Both the position numbers and the translations under genes were made by a program. This document shows, piece by piece, positions 42,894-52,847 of a stretch of DNA of 64,000 nucleotides. This stretch comes from Coriobacteriales bacterium (GTDB lineage: Bacteria > Actinomycetota > Coriobacteriia > Coriobacteriales > QAMH01), in NCBI GenBank assembly GCA_051876105.1, contig JBJEHN010000072.1, forward strand, positions 6,282-70,281, written 5' to 3'. Below the pieces are notes generated by a model. The model saw nothing but the letters and a program-made list of their open reading frames with translations, did no database searches and was not told the DNA's origin. Every line of letters begins with the position of its first letter. Position 1 is the stretch's first letter.

Positions 42894-45227
42894 CTAGGCG
42901 GGCTCGCCTGCGGCGCTCACGTCGTGCTTGACGCGGTCGCGCTCCTCGGCGCGCTTGCCGTTGTTGAAGCGGTCCAGCGTGCCCACCAGGTAGCCGGTGA
43001 TGCGGCGGATGCGCTCGAACTTGACGTCGTCTTCCGTGCGGCCGCAGCCGGGGCAGCGGTCGCCGATGATGCCGTTGAAGCCGCAGACCGGGTCGCGGTC
43101 GACGGGGTGGTTGATGGAGCCGTAGCCGATGCCGGCCTCCTTCATGTGGCGGATCACAGCCTCGAAGGCGTCGAGGTTCTCCGTGGGGTCGCCGTCGAGC
43201 TCGATGTAGCTGATGTGGCCGCCGTTGGTGAGGGCGTGGTAGGGCGCCTCGATGTTGATCTTCTCGAACGCGCTGATGGGGTAGTACACCGGCACGTGGA
43301 AGCTGTTGGTGTAGTAGTCGCGGTCGGTCACGCCGGGGATGGAGCCGTAGCGCTCGCGGTCGATGCGCACGAAGCGGCCGGAGAGCCCTTCAGCCGGGGT
43401 GGCGATGAGCGAGTAGTTGAGGTGGTCCTCCTGGGCCTTGTGGTCCATGAAGCGGCGCATGAAGCCCACGATCTCGAGGCCGAGGTTCTGGGCGCGCTCG
43501 GATTCTCCCTGATGCTCGCCGATGAGGGCCTTGAGGCACTCGGCCAGGCCGATGAAGCCGGCGGTGAGGGTGCCGTGCTTGAGGACCTCGCGCTGCTCGT
43601 CATCCCAAGAGAGGGTGTCGGAATCGAGCCACACGCCCTGGCCCATCAGGAAGGGCGCGTTGTAGACCTTCTTGCGGCACTGCACCTCGAAGCGCTCGTT
43701 GAGCTGGTCATACACCAGATTGAGCATGTTCTCCAGCAGCTCGAAGAAGAGGTCGATGTCGCCCTTGGCCTTGATGGCCAGGCGCGGCAGGTTGATGGAG
43801 GTGAAGCTCAGGTTGCCGCGGCCGTTGGAGATGGACTTCTCCGGGCAGTACACGTTGGTTGCCACGCGGGTGCGGCAGCCCATGTACGCGACCTCGGTTT
43901 CAGGCGTGCCCTGGTAGAACTCCTTGTTGAACGGGGCGTCCAGGAACGAGAAGTTCGGGAAGAGGCGCTTGGCAGAGCAGCGGCAGGCCAGCTTGAAGAG
44001 GTCGTAGTTGGGCTCGCCGGGGTTGAAGTTGATGCCCTCGGCCACGCGGAAGATCTGGATGGGGAAGATGGGGGTCTCGCCGTGGCCCAGGCCGTCTTCG
44101 GTGGCGAGCAGGAGGTTCTTCATGACCATGCGGCCCTCGGGGCTGGTGTCCATGCCGTAGTTGATGGAGGAGAACGGCGTCTGCGCGCCGGCGCGGGAGT
44201 GCATGGTGTTGAGGTTGTGGATGAAGCCCTCCATGGCCTGGAAGGTGGCGCGGTCCGTGTCCCTCTCCGCGGCCTTGTGGGCGTAGGCCTGGACGCGCTC
44301 GACAAGCGCTGCGTTCACGCCGAAGGCCTCCTGGAACTCCTTGGACTCGGCCCCGTAGTAGGCCGGGTCGGTGACGAGGCGGGCGATCATGCCGCTGGCC
44401 TGCTCGGCGCGCAGGATGGCGGCCTTGACGGCCTCTGCATCCGTGATGTCTGCCAGCAGCTCGAAGGCGGTGCACACGGCCTTGCGGTACAGGCTGCGGA
44501 AGCTCTTCTCCACACCCTTTGCCATGCCGTAGTCGAAGTTCACGATGGACTGGCCGCCGTGCTGGTCGTTCTGGTTGGCCTGGATGGCAATGGCGGCCAG
44601 GGCGCCGTAGGAGGCGATGGAGTTGGGCTCGCGCAGCACGCCGTGGCCGGTGGAGAAGCCGCCCTCGAAGAGCTTGACGATGTCGATCTGGCAACAGGTG
44701 GTGGTGAGGGTGTAGAAGTCGAGGTCGTGGATGTGGATGTCGCCTTCGGCATGGGCCTTGGCGTGCTCCGGCTTGAGGACGCACATCTCGTAGAACTGCT
44801 TGGCGCTCTCGGAGCCGTACTTGAGCATGGTGCCCATGGCGGTGTCTGCGTCGATGTTGGCGTTCTCGCGCTTGACGTCGGACTCGGAGGCCTTGGAGAA
44901 GGTGATATCGTTGAGGGTCTTCATCAGGCGGGAGTTGACCTCGCGCGAGCGGGAGCGCTCGGCGCGGTAGAGGATGTAGCTCTTGGAGGTGCGGACGAAG
45001 CCGTTCTCGATGAGGGACTCCTCGACCAGGTCCTGCACGCCCTCAACGGTGGGCTCGGTGCCCTTTGCCTCGAGCTTGGCAAGCACCTGATCCGTGATGT
45101 CCTCCGCGACGTTGCGGCGCTGCATTGCGCCGGATGCGGCAAAGGCCTTGGAGATGGCTGCCGTGATCTTCTCCTTGTCGAAGGGAACGGAGCGGCCGTC
45201 TCGCTTGCGGATGCTGGTGATTGCCAT
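42894..45227 (-). CDS. nrdD: Anaerobic ribonucleoside-triphosphate reductase (class III) with N-terminal ATP-cone
   Basis: ATP-cone IRKRDGRSVPFDKEKI. C-terminal Zn site CPGCG and glycyl-radical tail RITGYL. Confidence 0.95.
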   Translation of the reverse strand: MAITSIRKRDGRSVPFDKEKITAAISKAFAASGAMQRRNVAEDITDQVLAKLEAKGTEPTVEGVQDLVEESLIENGFVRTSKSYILYRAERSRSREVNSRLMKTLNDITFSKASESDVKRENANIDADTAMGTMLKYGSESAKQFYEMCVLKPEHAKAHAEGDIHIHDLDFYTLTTTCCQIDIVKLFEGGFSTGHGVLREPNSIASYGALAAIAIQANQNDQHGGQSIVNFDYGMAKGVEKSFRSLYRKAVCTAFELLADITDAEAVKAAILRAEQASGMIARLVTDPAYYGAESKEFQEAFGVNAALVERVQAYAHKAAERDTDRATFQAMEGFIHNLNTMHSRAGAQTPFSSINYGMDTSPEGRMVMKNLLLATEDGLGHGETPIFPIQIFRVAEGINFNPGEPNYDLFKLACRCSAKRLFPNFSFLDAPFNKEFYQGTPETEVAYMGCRTRVATNVYCPEKSISNGRGNLSFTSINLPRLAIKAKGDIDLFFELLENMLNLVYDQLNERFEVQCRKKVYNAPFLMGQGVWLDSDTLSWDDEQREVLKHGTLTAGFIGLAECLKALIGEHQGESERAQNLGLEIVGFMRRFMDHKAQEDHLNYSLIATPAEGLSGRFVRIDRERYGSIPGVTDRDYYTNSFHVPVYYPISAFEKINIEAPYHALTNGGHISYIELDGDPTENLDAFEAVIRHMKEAGIGYGSINHPVDRDPVCGFNGIIGDRCPGCGRTEDDVKFERIRRITGYLVGTLDRFNNGKRAEERDRVKHDVSAAGEPA

Positions 45228-45270
45228 GTTGTGCCTACCTCTTCTGTTTCCTCTGATTTACCCTAACCAA

Positions 45271-45317
45271 CCACAATATCTTGTGTTTTAATATCTATCT
45301 CACACATAGATATAGGG
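45271..45317 (-). promoter_or_regulatory. NrdR-box-like operator(s) upstream of nrdD
   Basis: 45271-45286 CCACAATATCTTGTGT matches the published NrdR-box consensus acaCwAtATaTwgtgt at 14/16 positions by my count. A weak second site, ACACATAGATATAGGG, starts 31 bp away (45302). An 8-bp inverted repeat ATATCTAT-N7-ATAGATAT is at 45291-45313. Confidence 0.55.
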
Positions 45318-45407
45318 GTTTTGCGTCTGGGGTAGTATAGGGCCACAGAGCCCGTTTTGGAGCGAGGATTTTGTGCTTTTTGCGCCCTTTCGGGCTCGGG
45401 GTTGGGA

Positions 45408-46382
45408 CTAGAAGCGCTTTTGGTCTTTGAACTCGCTGAGGGCCAGGTAGGCGTCCAGGCGCAGGCGAGGGACGTGGGGGCTCACGTTGCAGCCGGGCTC
45501 GTGGGTGTGGCTGCAGTCCGAGAAGCGGCAGCCGACAGCGAGCTCCATGACGTCTGGGAAGGCCGCCTCCAGCGCCTGCTCCAGGTCCATGATCTGCAGG
45601 GTGCGCAGGCCGGGGGCGTCGATGATGAGGCCGCCGCCCGGGACCTTCCAGATGCGGCGGGCCACCGTGGTGTGGCGGCCGCGGTCGTCGCTTTCGCGCA
45701 CGGCGCTCGTGGCCATGTACTCGGCGCCGAGCAGGGCGTTGACGAGCGTCGACTTGCCCACGCCGCTCTCGCCCAGCAGCAGCGCCGTGACGCCGGGGGC
45801 TATGAGCGCGCGGACCTCCTCGACGCCTTGGTCGAGCTTGGAGGCTATCGCCAGGCAGCGCGTGTCGGGCGCGAGCTCGGCCAGCTGGGCAGCGGCCTGC
45901 TCCACCCGCTGCGGCTCCACGCAGTCCGCCTTCGTCAGCACGAAGACCGGCTCTGCCCCGCAGCCGCGGGTGGCGGTCATCTGGCGGGCGGCCAGGCGGA
46001 TGTCGAGGCCCTCGCCCGTGAGGCTCTGGCACAGGAAGACGAGGTCGGCGTTGGCGGCGAGCACCTGGCGGCGGACCTGCTTCTCGCGGCCCACGCGCTT
46101 GACGCGCGCGATCTCCATGCAGCGCGGCATGATCTGGGCGATGATGGCCTTCTCGTGCCCCTCCGGGATGCGCAGGGCCACCCAGTCGCCCACGGCCACG
46201 ATGCTGTCGTCGCTCTTCTTGATCTCTGTGGCCAGCTCTGCGCGCAGCTCCTCGGCGGCGGTGTTCACCAGGGGGTAGCCCCTGTCGAGCGAGGTCACGC
46301 GCCCCGGCTCCAAGCCCGGCTCGAGCCCTTGCGCCCATGCGCGCACCGCGTCTGTGTACCCCAGGTCCTCGAATGCGATCAT
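45408..46382 (-). CDS. rsgA: Ribosome small-subunit-dependent GTPase A
   Basis: Circularly permuted GTPase: LTKADC..., GESGVGKSTLVNAL, and a Zn-finger CRFSDCSHTHEPGC. Confidence 0.9.
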   Translation of the reverse strand: MIAFEDLGYTDAVRAWAQGLEPGLEPGRVTSLDRGYPLVNTAAEELRAELATEIKKSDDSIVAVGDWVALRIPEGHEKAIIAQIMPRCMEIARVKRVGREKQVRRQVLAANADLVFLCQSLTGEGLDIRLAARQMTATRGCGAEPVFVLTKADCVEPQRVEQAAAQLAELAPDTRCLAIASKLDQGVEEVRALIAPGVTALLLGESGVGKSTLVNALLGAEYMATSAVRESDDRGRHTTVARRIWKVPGGGLIIDAPGLRTLQIMDLEQALEAAFPDVMELAVGCRFSDCSHTHEPGCNVSPHVPRLRLDAYLALSEFKDQKRF

Positions 46383-46415
46383 CTGCCGTTCCTCTCCCGC
46401 GTAGGCGCCGCGCGC

Positions 46416-47045
46416 CTAGCGGCTCTCCTTCTCGGCGCGGCGGTCCTCGCGCCAGCGCAGTATGCCGAACACCAACAAGAGCATGAAGGCCACAGCGCAC
46501 AGCTGCAGGCCCGTCGTAATGTCCTGGTCGTCCGCGTAGTGGGTGATGGCGCCGCCGGGGTCGAGCACGCGGATGGTGAGGGCGTGCACGTCGAGCTCGC
46601 CTTGGTGGTCTTCGCAGTCGAGCGAGTAGATGCCGCGCACCTGGATGGTGGTGCCCGCCGTGGAGTAGCTGCCCACGTTGGAGATGCGCGCGGCCATGTC
46701 GTCGTCGACCCACACGCCGATGCAGCTGCCGTCCGCGCCGAGCACGTTGAGCCACTTGTGGCCGCTGCCGCCCCTCATGATGTCTCCCACGACCTCGCCC
46801 GTGAAGCTCACCGTGGCCTCGTTGAGCGCGCGGTTAGCCGCGGTGAGGACGCCCACGCGAGTGGGGACCACCACGTTGTCGGTGTCGTCGACCTCGGGCT
46901 CGCCCTCCTCGAGCGCCTCGTAGCGGTTTGAGAGCGTGCCGATGTCGAGCAGCGGCTCGTCGGCCAGCGCGGCCGCAGGCACCAGCGCGGCAACGGCGAG
47001 CAGCGCGGCGGCGGCGTAGCGCAGCATGCGGGCAGGCAGCCTCAT
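46416..47045 (-). CDS. Hypothetical bitopic protein: signal/anchor helix, beta-rich (OB-fold-like?) domain, C-terminal TM; paralogous to the C-terminal module of the second TrkH protein
   Basis: MRLPARMLRYAAAALLAVAALVPAAALA... ...GEVVGDIMRGGSGHKWLNVLGADGSCIGVWV...HQGELDVHALTIRVLD... ...LQLCAVAFMLLLVFGIL. ATG 47045 overlaps the trkH stop (ATGA). The track ORF 46416..48584 is an artefactual extension. Confidence 0.55.
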   Translation of the reverse strand: MRLPARMLRYAAAALLAVAALVPAAALADEPLLDIGTLSNRYEALEEGEPEVDDTDNVVVPTRVGVLTAANRALNEATVSFTGEVVGDIMRGGSGHKWLNVLGADGSCIGVWVDDDMAARISNVGSYSTAGTTIQVRGIYSLDCEDHQGELDVHALTIRVLDPGGAITHYADDQDITTGLQLCAVAFMLLLVFGILRWREDRRAEKESR

Positions 47046-48577
47046 CGGCGCTCCCTCCCCCACCTGAAGCCGTCCTTGGGCGCCAGGCTCAGCGCGATCT
47101 GCAGCACCATGGCGAACACCGCCACGAACTCTAGGCGGCCCAGCAGCATCTCGACGATGTACACGAACTCCAAAAACGGCGGCATGCCCGGCGCCACGAT
47201 GCCGGCGGAAAGCCCGCCGTTCGACGCGGCAGAGATCGACTCGAAGATCGCCGGCAGGGCGTCGTAGCCGCAGATGATCCCCGCGATCGCCCCCAGGGCG
47301 AAGGTGAGCACGTACATCAGGAAGATGGTCATGGCGTTGGAGGCGAGGTCGGCCGTGAGCAGCTTGCGGCCCAGGTGGTAGTAGAAGGTGCGCGGCATGA
47401 CGCGGTCTGGCACCAGCGCCTCGCGCAGGGTCTGCACCACCGTCGTGGCGCAGATGCCGATGCGGAAGGCCTTGATGCCGCCCGTGGTCGAAGACGACGA
47501 GCCGCCGATGATCATCCCGACGCCGATCATGAACAGCGCGCCGGAGCCCATGGCGTAGATGAGCTGCCCCGAGTACACCGTGGAGAAGCCCACGTTCGTG
47601 GCAGCCGAGATGACAAGAAAGACCACGCGGCGCAGCAGCGCAGTGAAGCTGTTGAAATAGTCGCCGGACATCACCACGATGGTCAAGATCAGCACCAGGC
47701 CGAAGATCCAGATGGCCATGGTGTGGACCTCGATGTCCTTCAGGAGGTTCTTGATGCGGCCCTTCCAGATGTCGCCGTAGAGCGTGAAGTTGATGATCCC
47801 GAAGAACATCAGGCACACGGCGATGATCTCCAGCGGCCAGGAATGGTAGGCCATGATGCCCATGGACTGCCCCGTCATGCCGCCGGTGGCGAAGGCGGAG
47901 ATGGTGATCCACAGCGAACTGAAGGCAGCGCGCAGCGGCGCCTGGCCGCCCAGCAGCAGCGGGATGGCGCAGACCGCCGTGCCCACCACGATGATGATGG
48001 CCGTGACCTTGAAGATGAAGCGCGCCATCTGGCGGATCTCCGGCATGACGCGGCCCTCGCGGGCCTCGGCGTTGTAGATGGAGGCTGCGCCCGAGCCCGT
48101 GCCGAAGATGCCCAGCGCCAGGGCGATGACCAGGACGCCCACACCGCCCATCAGGTGCAGGATGAAGCGCCAGGTGATCATGGAGAGCGCCATGTGGTCG
48201 AGGTCGATGGCGATGGAGAGGCCGGTTGCCGTGATGCCGGAGACGCCCTCGAGCAGGGCGTCTTGGAAAGTAGCGTAGTGCCCGGAGAACCACAGCGGCA
48301 GCGAGCCGAAGAACGCCAGCACGCCCCACGAGAGCGCCGTGACCACCAGCGCCTGGTGGCGCAGCATGGTGCCGCGCTTGACCTGGGCCAGCGTGAGCAG
48401 CGCGCCCACGATGCCGGTGAGGCCTATGCACTTGAGGAAGATGGCGGCCTGGTCGAGCTCGTCGAGCGCCAGGGCCAGGGCGAAGGGCACGCACATGACG
48501 GCGGCCATCAGGAGGATGAGCGCCCCCAGGTAGTGGCAGATGATCCGCCAGTCCTCCAGATGCAGCCGGGTGACCAA
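47042..48577 (-). CDS. trkH: TrkH/KtrB-family cation (K+) transporter, paralog 1
   Basis: Four pore-loop glycine motifs (SGITATGLS, SAFATGGM, SAATNVGFS, AASNGGLSAG) and an SSSTTGGIKAFR gating-loop motif. TTG start 48577. Confidence 0.85.
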   Translation of the reverse strand: MVTRLHLEDWRIICHYLGALILLMAAVMCVPFALALALDELDQAAIFLKCIGLTGIVGALLTLAQVKRGTMLRHQALVVTALSWGVLAFFGSLPLWFSGHYATFQDALLEGVSGITATGLSIAIDLDHMALSMITWRFILHLMGGVGVLVIALALGIFGTGSGAASIYNAEAREGRVMPEIRQMARFIFKVTAIIIVVGTAVCAIPLLLGGQAPLRAAFSSLWITISAFATGGMTGQSMGIMAYHSWPLEIIAVCLMFFGIINFTLYGDIWKGRIKNLLKDIEVHTMAIWIFGLVLILTIVVMSGDYFNSFTALLRRVVFLVISAATNVGFSTVYSGQLIYAMGSGALFMIGVGMIIGGSSSSTTGGIKAFRIGICATTVVQTLREALVPDRVMPRTFYYHLGRKLLTADLASNAMTIFLMYVLTFALGAIAGIICGYDALPAIFESISAASNGGLSAGIVAPGMPPFLEFVYIVEMLLGRLEFVAVFAMVLQIALSLAPKDGFRWGRERR

Positions 48578-48583
48578 GGCGCA

Positions 48584-48775
48584 CTACTCCATGATGAAGC
48601 TGACCAAGAAGGTGGCGGCCGTCAGCACCAGCAGGAAGCAGACCACCATCAGCAGCACCAGAGCCAGGCCCTTGGCGGGGCCCTTGGCCTTGTTCTGGGT
48701 CTCCTCGATCTTGTCTCTCACAGGGCCTCCCTTCGCAGCGCTGCCCGTGCTCGCCTTAGCATCGCGGTGAGACAC
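48584..48775 (-). CDS. Possible small (63-aa) membrane protein between the two trkH genes
   Basis: GTG start, high GC3, and one C-terminal TM (GLALVLLMVVCFLLVLTAATFLVSFIM). Its 3' end supplies a GGAG 9 nt before the trkH TTG start. No clear RBS of its own, so this is speculative. Confidence 0.3.
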   Translation of the reverse strand: MSHRDAKASTGSAAKGGPVRDKIEETQNKAKGPAKGLALVLLMVVCFLLVLTAATFLVSFIME

Positions 48776-48799
48776 CCGCGAGAAGGCCTATTGTACGCC

Positions 48800-50995
48800 C
48801 TAGAGCCTCAAGCCCAGGAAGCGGATGCGCGACCTGCCCCGCAGGAGGCGCTCGACCACCAGGACGGCCGCAGCCAGCCCCAGCAGGCACACGCCGGCGA
48901 TGCCGAGGCCGGTGTTGGCCTCGTGGGCCACAGGGTAGCCCGCCACCCTCACGGCAAGCGTGACGGCGTGGACCTCGAGCTCGCCAGAATGCATGGAGCA
49001 GGCCTGGTGGTAGGTGCCCTCCACCACGACCTTGTCGCCCTGCACGCCGTACTTGCCGAAGGTGCCCACGCGCTCGGCCAGGCTGTTGCGCACGTAGACG
49101 GAGATGACCTTGCCCTCCTGGTCCTGGATGTTGAGCCAGCTGTGGCCTGTGCCGGCCTTGACGGCGTAGCCCACCACCTCGCCTGAGATGCGCACCTTGT
49201 CGCCGTCCATGCGGCTGCTGGCGCCGAGCAGCTCCGAGATGCTCGAGCTGCGGTAGCTCTGTGTGAACGCGAGCTCCATGCTGGGCTCTTCTGCCACAGC
49301 CGCGCGCGGGGCGCTGGCGGCCAGCAGCCCACCGGCCAGGGCGAGGCTCAGCAGCAAGGGCAGCAGGGCCTTGGGGCTGTTGCCCTCCAGGAAGAGCACC
49401 CTGCGCAGGCGGCGCAGGCGGGCGCGGCGGTTGTCGCGGCGCTGAGACTTGCGGCTGCTGCTCACGCCCTCGGGGATGACGTTGCGGTGGGGGCGCAGGC
49501 TGGCAACCAGGCTGGCGAAGGCGGCGATGAGCGCCACAAACTCCAAGCGGCCGGCCCACATCATGAGCATGGCCATGAGCAGCAGGCTCGACGGCATGGT
49601 GGAAGCGGCCTGCCCCACGCAGATGCCGGTGTTGGTGACATAGGAGATGCTCTCGCAGATGGCGTCGACGGCGCCGTAGCCGTGCGCGATGAACACCGCC
49701 GCGCCGATGGCCGCGGCCATGATGAAGAGCGTGGTGACGACCATGGCCAGCTGGGCGCCCTCGGAGCTCGCGCGCCGCGGCCCGAAGTGCTCGTACGTGG
49801 CGGTAACGCGCACGCTGTCTGGGAAGAGGCTGCGCTTCACGCTGATGCCGAACCATCGCAGCACCTGCAGCCCGCGGAAGACCTTGAGGCCGCCAGCCGT
49901 AGAGCACGAGCAACCGCCCATGAACATGGCCGCCATGATGAGCATCAGCGCCCCGTCTGGGAAGCTCGCGCCCATCTGCCCGGGGTAGACGGTCTGCATG
50001 CCGGAGGTCGTAGCAGCGCTCACCACCATGAAGGTGCTGTGGTTGAACAGGCCGGTGAGGCTCGTGAAGATGCCCTCGCGGCAGAGTATGATGCTCACGA
50101 TCACCACCAGCAGGAACAGCCACACCGCGTAGGCGCGCAGCTCGGAGTTGCGCAGGATGGTCTGGCGGGCGTCGTCGCTGGCGCTGCGGCTGATGGAGAG
50201 CGCGAAGATCGCGAAGTTGAGCGAGCCCAGGATCATCAGCACCGCCACGAAGCCGTTGAGCACGGTGGAGTGGTAGAAGATCAGGCTCGAGTTGTGCGGG
50301 ACGAAGCTGCCCGTGCTGAAGGCGTTGCCGCTGAGCCACAGCCCGTTCATGAGCGCGTCTGGCAGGGACATGCCGCCCAAGGCCAGCACCACGGCGAGCG
50401 CTGCCATACCCAAGACCACCATGCCGGCCATGACGGTCCAGATGAGCTGGCCGGTGCTGCGCAGCGCTGCGGTGAGGGCATCGCGGCGGCTGCGGGCGCT
50501 GTCGCGCGCGGAGTAGCCCCCATCGCCAAAGAAGCCCAGGTACAGGGCAGAGACGATGATGGCCTGTCCGCCCGCCAGCGAAAGCAGCGTGCGCCAGGTG
50601 GACTGCGCGTAGGAGAGGTGCTCCACATCCTCCAGGCAGGTGACGCCGGTGGAGGTGAGGGCGGAGACGCTGTCGAAGAACGCTCCCAGGAAGCCGTCGA
50701 AGCAGCCCGAGAGGTACAGGGGGATGGCGGCGAAGAAGCCCACCAGCACCCAGCCGAAGCCGCACAGCAGCAGCGAGCGGCGACGGTCCAGGCGCCCGGC
50801 CTTGAGCAGCGACAGCAGCGCGCCCGCAAAAGCGGTGAAGCCCGAGGAGAACACGTAGACCATGCCCTCCGAGGTCTCGCCAAAGCACGCGGCGATGGCA
50901 GCCGGCATCAGCATCAGGGCGCCGCTGATAACCAGGATGACCCCCAGGTAGTGGCCTACCGTGCAGACGTCCTTGAGATGGAAGCGCAACAACAT
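48800..50995 (-). CDS. trkH: TrkH/KtrB-family transporter, paralog 2, fused in-frame to a C-terminal anchor/beta-rich/TM module
   Basis: MLLRFHLKDVCTVGHYLGVILV... parallels the paralog-1 N-terminus. Pore motifs and CSCSTAGGLKVFR are present. A basic linker is followed by ...GEVVGYAVKAGTGHSWLNIQDQEGKVISVYV...HSGELEVHAVTLAVRV... and a TM. Start set to ATG 50995. Confidence 0.8.
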   Translation of the reverse strand: MLLRFHLKDVCTVGHYLGVILVISGALMLMPAAIAACFGETSEGMVYVFSSGFTAFAGALLSLLKAGRLDRRRSLLLCGFGWVLVGFFAAIPLYLSGCFDGFLGAFFDSVSALTSTGVTCLEDVEHLSYAQSTWRTLLSLAGGQAIIVSALYLGFFGDGGYSARDSARSRRDALTAALRSTGQLIWTVMAGMVVLGMAALAVVLALGGMSLPDALMNGLWLSGNAFSTGSFVPHNSSLIFYHSTVLNGFVAVLMILGSLNFAIFALSISRSASDDARQTILRNSELRAYAVWLFLLVVIVSIILCREGIFTSLTGLFNHSTFMVVSAATTSGMQTVYPGQMGASFPDGALMLIMAAMFMGGCSCSTAGGLKVFRGLQVLRWFGISVKRSLFPDSVRVTATYEHFGPRRASSEGAQLAMVVTTLFIMAAAIGAAVFIAHGYGAVDAICESISYVTNTGICVGQAASTMPSSLLLMAMLMMWAGRLEFVALIAAFASLVASLRPHRNVIPEGVSSSRKSQRRDNRRARLRRLRRVLFLEGNSPKALLPLLLSLALAGGLLAASAPRAAVAEEPSMELAFTQSYRSSSISELLGASSRMDGDKVRISGEVVGYAVKAGTGHSWLNIQDQEGKVISVYVRNSLAERVGTFGKYGVQGDKVVVEGTYHQACSMHSGELEVHAVTLAVRVAGYPVAHEANTGLGIAGVCLLGLAAAVLVVERLLRGRSRIRFLGLRL

Positions 50996-51004
50996 AATGC
51001 GGGG

Positions 51005-51010
51005 ATTATA
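51005..51010 (-). promoter_or_regulatory. TATAAT -10 box 9 nt upstream of the trkH-2 ATG (possible leaderless transcript)
   Basis: Minus strand reads GCGCTATAATCCCCGCATTATG. There is no SD-like sequence before the ATG, and the -35 match is poor. Confidence 0.35.
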
Positions 51011-51029
51011 GCGCGCAGCCGCAGAGGGC

Positions 51030-51069
51030 AAAAATGGGACAGTGGGCTACGTCCCCACTGTCCCATTTT
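51030..51069. terminator. Conserved palindromic terminator, copy d
   Basis: AAAAATGGGACAGTGGG-CTACGT-CCCCACTGTCCCATTTT, 14 nt after the argG stop (51083). Confidence 0.75.
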
Positions 51070-51082
51070 CGCGTGCAGGTGC

Positions 51083-52318
<1,236 letters not shown>

Positions 52319-52421
52319 TGTTGTCTTTCCTTTCTTCCGTGCGGGGGCTTCCACACCCCCGGGATTACCGTAGGATAGCCGCCTGCCGCGGCAGCGGGGC
52401 GGCCAATGCGCGAGCGGTGCG

Positions 52422-52847
52422 CTAGAGCAGCTGCTCGACGCGGTCTTGGAAGCGCTCCCCCGCGCCGTCGTCGCTCGTGATCACCAAGATGGTGTCGTCG
52501 CCGGCGATGGTACCCAGCACGCCCTCCGGCATGGCGGCGTCGATCGCGGCGGCCACGCCCTGGGCCGCCCCCGGCCTGCACAGCACGATGACCTGGTTGC
52601 CGGCGCGGCGCGTCTCCCTCACCTGGGCCTTGAGCACCGTACGCAAGTGCAGCAGCTCGGGGAGCACGTAGATGCCGCTGGCGTCCTTCTCGAGGCCCAG
52701 ATCGGCCATGTCGCGGCTCACGGTGGCCTGGGTCACCTCGAAGCCCTCCCCCGCGAGCAGGTCCATCAGCTCGCGCTGGGTGCGGACTTCGTTCCCTTGT
52801 ATCAGGGCCGTGATGACGGCCTTGCGGTCTTGGCGCACAGCGGACAT
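52422..52847 (-). CDS. argR: Arginine repressor
   Basis: ...TQRELMDLLAGEGFEVTQATVSRDMADLGL... (winged-helix) plus C-terminal ...GTIAGDDTILVI... The start abuts the upstream stop (TAGATG). Confidence 0.9.
   Translation of the reverse strand: MSAVRQDRKAVITALIQGNEVRTQRELMDLLAGEGFEVTQATVSRDMADLGLEKDASGIYVLPELLHLRTVLKAQVRETRRAGNQVIVLCRPGAAQGVAAAIDAAMPEGVLGTIAGDDTILVITSDDGAGERFQDRVEQLL

Noticed and set aside
46416-48584. 722-aa minus-strand ORF apparently spanning the OB-like protein and the trkH region
   Set aside because: Only its last 209 codons (from ATG 47045) look like a real protein. The upstream part is an alternative frame of trkH-1, rich in R/P/G/H. The N-terminal parts of track ORFs 21691..23019, 22569..23480, 34798..36600, 36978..37901 and 52848..54419 were rejected the same way.
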